A stretch of DNA of 37,715 bases from positions 11,383,635 to 11,421,349 of the forward strand of contig NC_069005.1 of assembly GCF_001194135.2 (NCBI RefSeq), given 5' to 3'. This document shows positions 36,026 through 37,715 of the stretch, in pieces; positions within the stretch are counted from its first letter, which is position 1, and every line of letters begins with the position of its first letter. A model generated the notes under the pieces. That model searched no databases, was not told the DNA's origin, and worked only from the letters and a program-made list of their open reading frames with translations. Made by a program: the position numbers and the translations under genes. The DNA comes from Octopus bimaculoides. Taxonomy: Eukaryota.

Positions 36026-36112
<87 letters not shown>
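36026..36112. repeat. (CT)n microsatellite; others at about 13980-14000, 35230-35322 and 37230-37282
   Basis: Directly visible. Confidence 0.95.
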
Positions 36113-36118
<6 letters not shown>

Positions 36119-36214
36119 ATTTGTTTATTTGTTTATACACACGACGATGACGATAACAACAACAATAAGAATTACGACAGTAACAACGGAAACAAAAGTA
36201 CGTGAAATACTTAC

Positions 36215-36441
36215 ATCATATAATAATCTGATTTTGTCTCGTTCATGGGCCGCTGGAAAATTTTCCACAGTGCCTCGCGATTATCCCAGCCGACTCCGCA
36301 AAAATCATTAGACGTGTAACAATGCTGTTGTATATTCTTGGCTTTTCCGAAGACAGAATTACAATCGAGTGTTTCAGCTTTGTATAGTTCAGTCATTTCC
36401 TTCATGAAACATGCAACTAGTGAATTGATCCAGATTTTCCC
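36215..36441 (-). CDS. STC: Stanniocalcin-like gene, copy B, internal coding exon (equivalent to STC exon 3)
   Basis: Acceptor tttacag|GGG, donor AT|gtaagta, 227 nt. Encodes GKIWINSLVACFMKEMTELYKAETLDCNSVFGKAKNIQQHCYTSNDFCGVGWDNREALWKIFQRPMNETKSDYYMM. 47/76 aa identical to copy A, no indels or stops. Confidence 0.92.
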
Positions 36442-37225
36442 CTGTAAAGGTAGGCAGGTTTACAGAGAAAAATGAAACAGGATTATAAGGGAGATTCTTG
36501 TGTTTTCCTTTTCTGACGATTAATAATGATTATTATGGAAACTGATGGTATATATGCTAATCATTATTATATTAGTTAAAAGCAGATATGAGATATATAT
36601 GAATGAAATATTAATTAGAAGAAGAGAGATACAAATGGATAACTAAGAAAATTAAATGAATGTGCACACACACACGCACACACAGACACACACACAAACA
36701 CACACACATACACACACACATACACACACAAAGATACACACACACACACAAACACACACACGTACACACACATATATCATATATATTATTCAATCAGTTG
36801 TAAAATTCGTTAGAATCTACTTATGTCAACAATCAGTACACCGCGAAAGGGTCGAGTCCCACACGTACGTATACTTTCATACAGATACGTACATACAGGG
36901 ATGATCTCGGCTTGTACAAATAAAATAATTTACAGCTCTATCATATATCCATATGGATAATAATTAATTGTTTACATCCTGTACTAAACTGTTAGTAGAC
37001 TGTGCATCTTTTTGAAGTGGTGACTGTGGAATATTAAGACTTACATTTATCGATTGAGATACGTAAAATTTATCCAGAGAATCAAATACGAAATACAAAA
37101 ATATGGAGGGCCTCGTTGAGTCACGTAATGACCCAATATTATATTAAAAGATTTTGTGCGATTATTTTCCCAGAATCTGTTTCTCACTTTTCTACTCTAT
37201 CTCATTATCCCTTCCCTCTTCTCTG

Positions 37226-37318
<93 letters not shown>

Positions 37319-37494
37319 ATATATATATATATGTATATATATGTATATATGTATATATAAATACTTATATAAGGAGCATTACAACAGAGTAATGCCACAC
37401 ACTGGACTTCCCAAAATAAACACATTTAGTACCGAATGCGAGGAAAACAACCAACAGAAGACGACCAACTTTCTTTTAAATAACTCAACTATGT

Positions 37495-37653
37495 ATCGAC
37501 CGCCTTTAGTCGAGCAAATCGACCCCGGGACTTAATCTTTGTAAGCCTAGTACTTATTCTATCGGTCACTTTTTGCCGAACCGCTAGGGGACGGGGATAT
37601 AAACACACCAGCATCGGTTGTCAAGCAATGCTAGGAGGACAAACACAGAGACA

Positions 37654-37660
<7 letters not shown>
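37495..37660. mobile_element. Short interspersed repeat (same family as 19735-19905)
   Basis: ttagtcgagcaaatcgacccc...gtaagcctagtacttattctatcgg...ggttgtcaagc followed by (CA)n. Confidence 0.6.

Positions 37661-37715
<55 letters not shown>

Larger units (their letters stand above)
31110..37270 (+). repeat. Tandem segmental duplication, unit B (continues beyond the window end)
   Basis: Same blocks as unit A, including paralogous (CAG)n, (CTT)n and (ATT)n microsatellites at matching positions. Confidence 0.9.

Noticed and set aside
1-37715. CRISPR arrays, rRNA genes, prokaryotic operons or defence systems
   Set aside because: Eukaryotic intron-exon context; no regularly spaced repeat-spacer array and no rRNA-like sequence.

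Overview
AT-rich eukaryotic draft-assembly window with ten N gaps and dense (TA)n, (CA)n, (TACA)n, (CT)n and trinucleotide microsatellites. The tRNA-derived SINEs and repeat landscape suggest an octopod cephalopod (inference). Most ORF-track entries are microsatellite or gap artefacts. The main real content is a tandem pair of spliced, minus-strand stanniocalcin-family genes about 28 kb apart. Copy A has three recoverable coding exons: 15219-15059, 8786-8560 and 5314-5221. They are phase-compatible, have GT-AG junctions and give 159 aa containing all ten core stanniocalcin cysteines. Copy B has the two homologous 3' exons (36441-36215, 33375-33282), and its upstream exons lie beyond the window. 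The paralogues are only about 60% identical in protein (64/106), while a flanking non-coding block is 92% identical, suggesting accelerated protein evolution on a fixed cysteine scaffold. Both stop before the vertebrate dimerisation cysteine. The signal-peptide exon was not found. Introns and flanks hold decayed mobile elements: a TIR-bounded Tc1, a maT-like mariner, Helitron helicase and terminus fragments, Tx1/L1 and R4/Dong-like LINEs, a Penelope GIY-YIG fragment and many SINEs. One SINE pair forms a fold-back dimer carrying a hammerhead-ribozyme-like motif.
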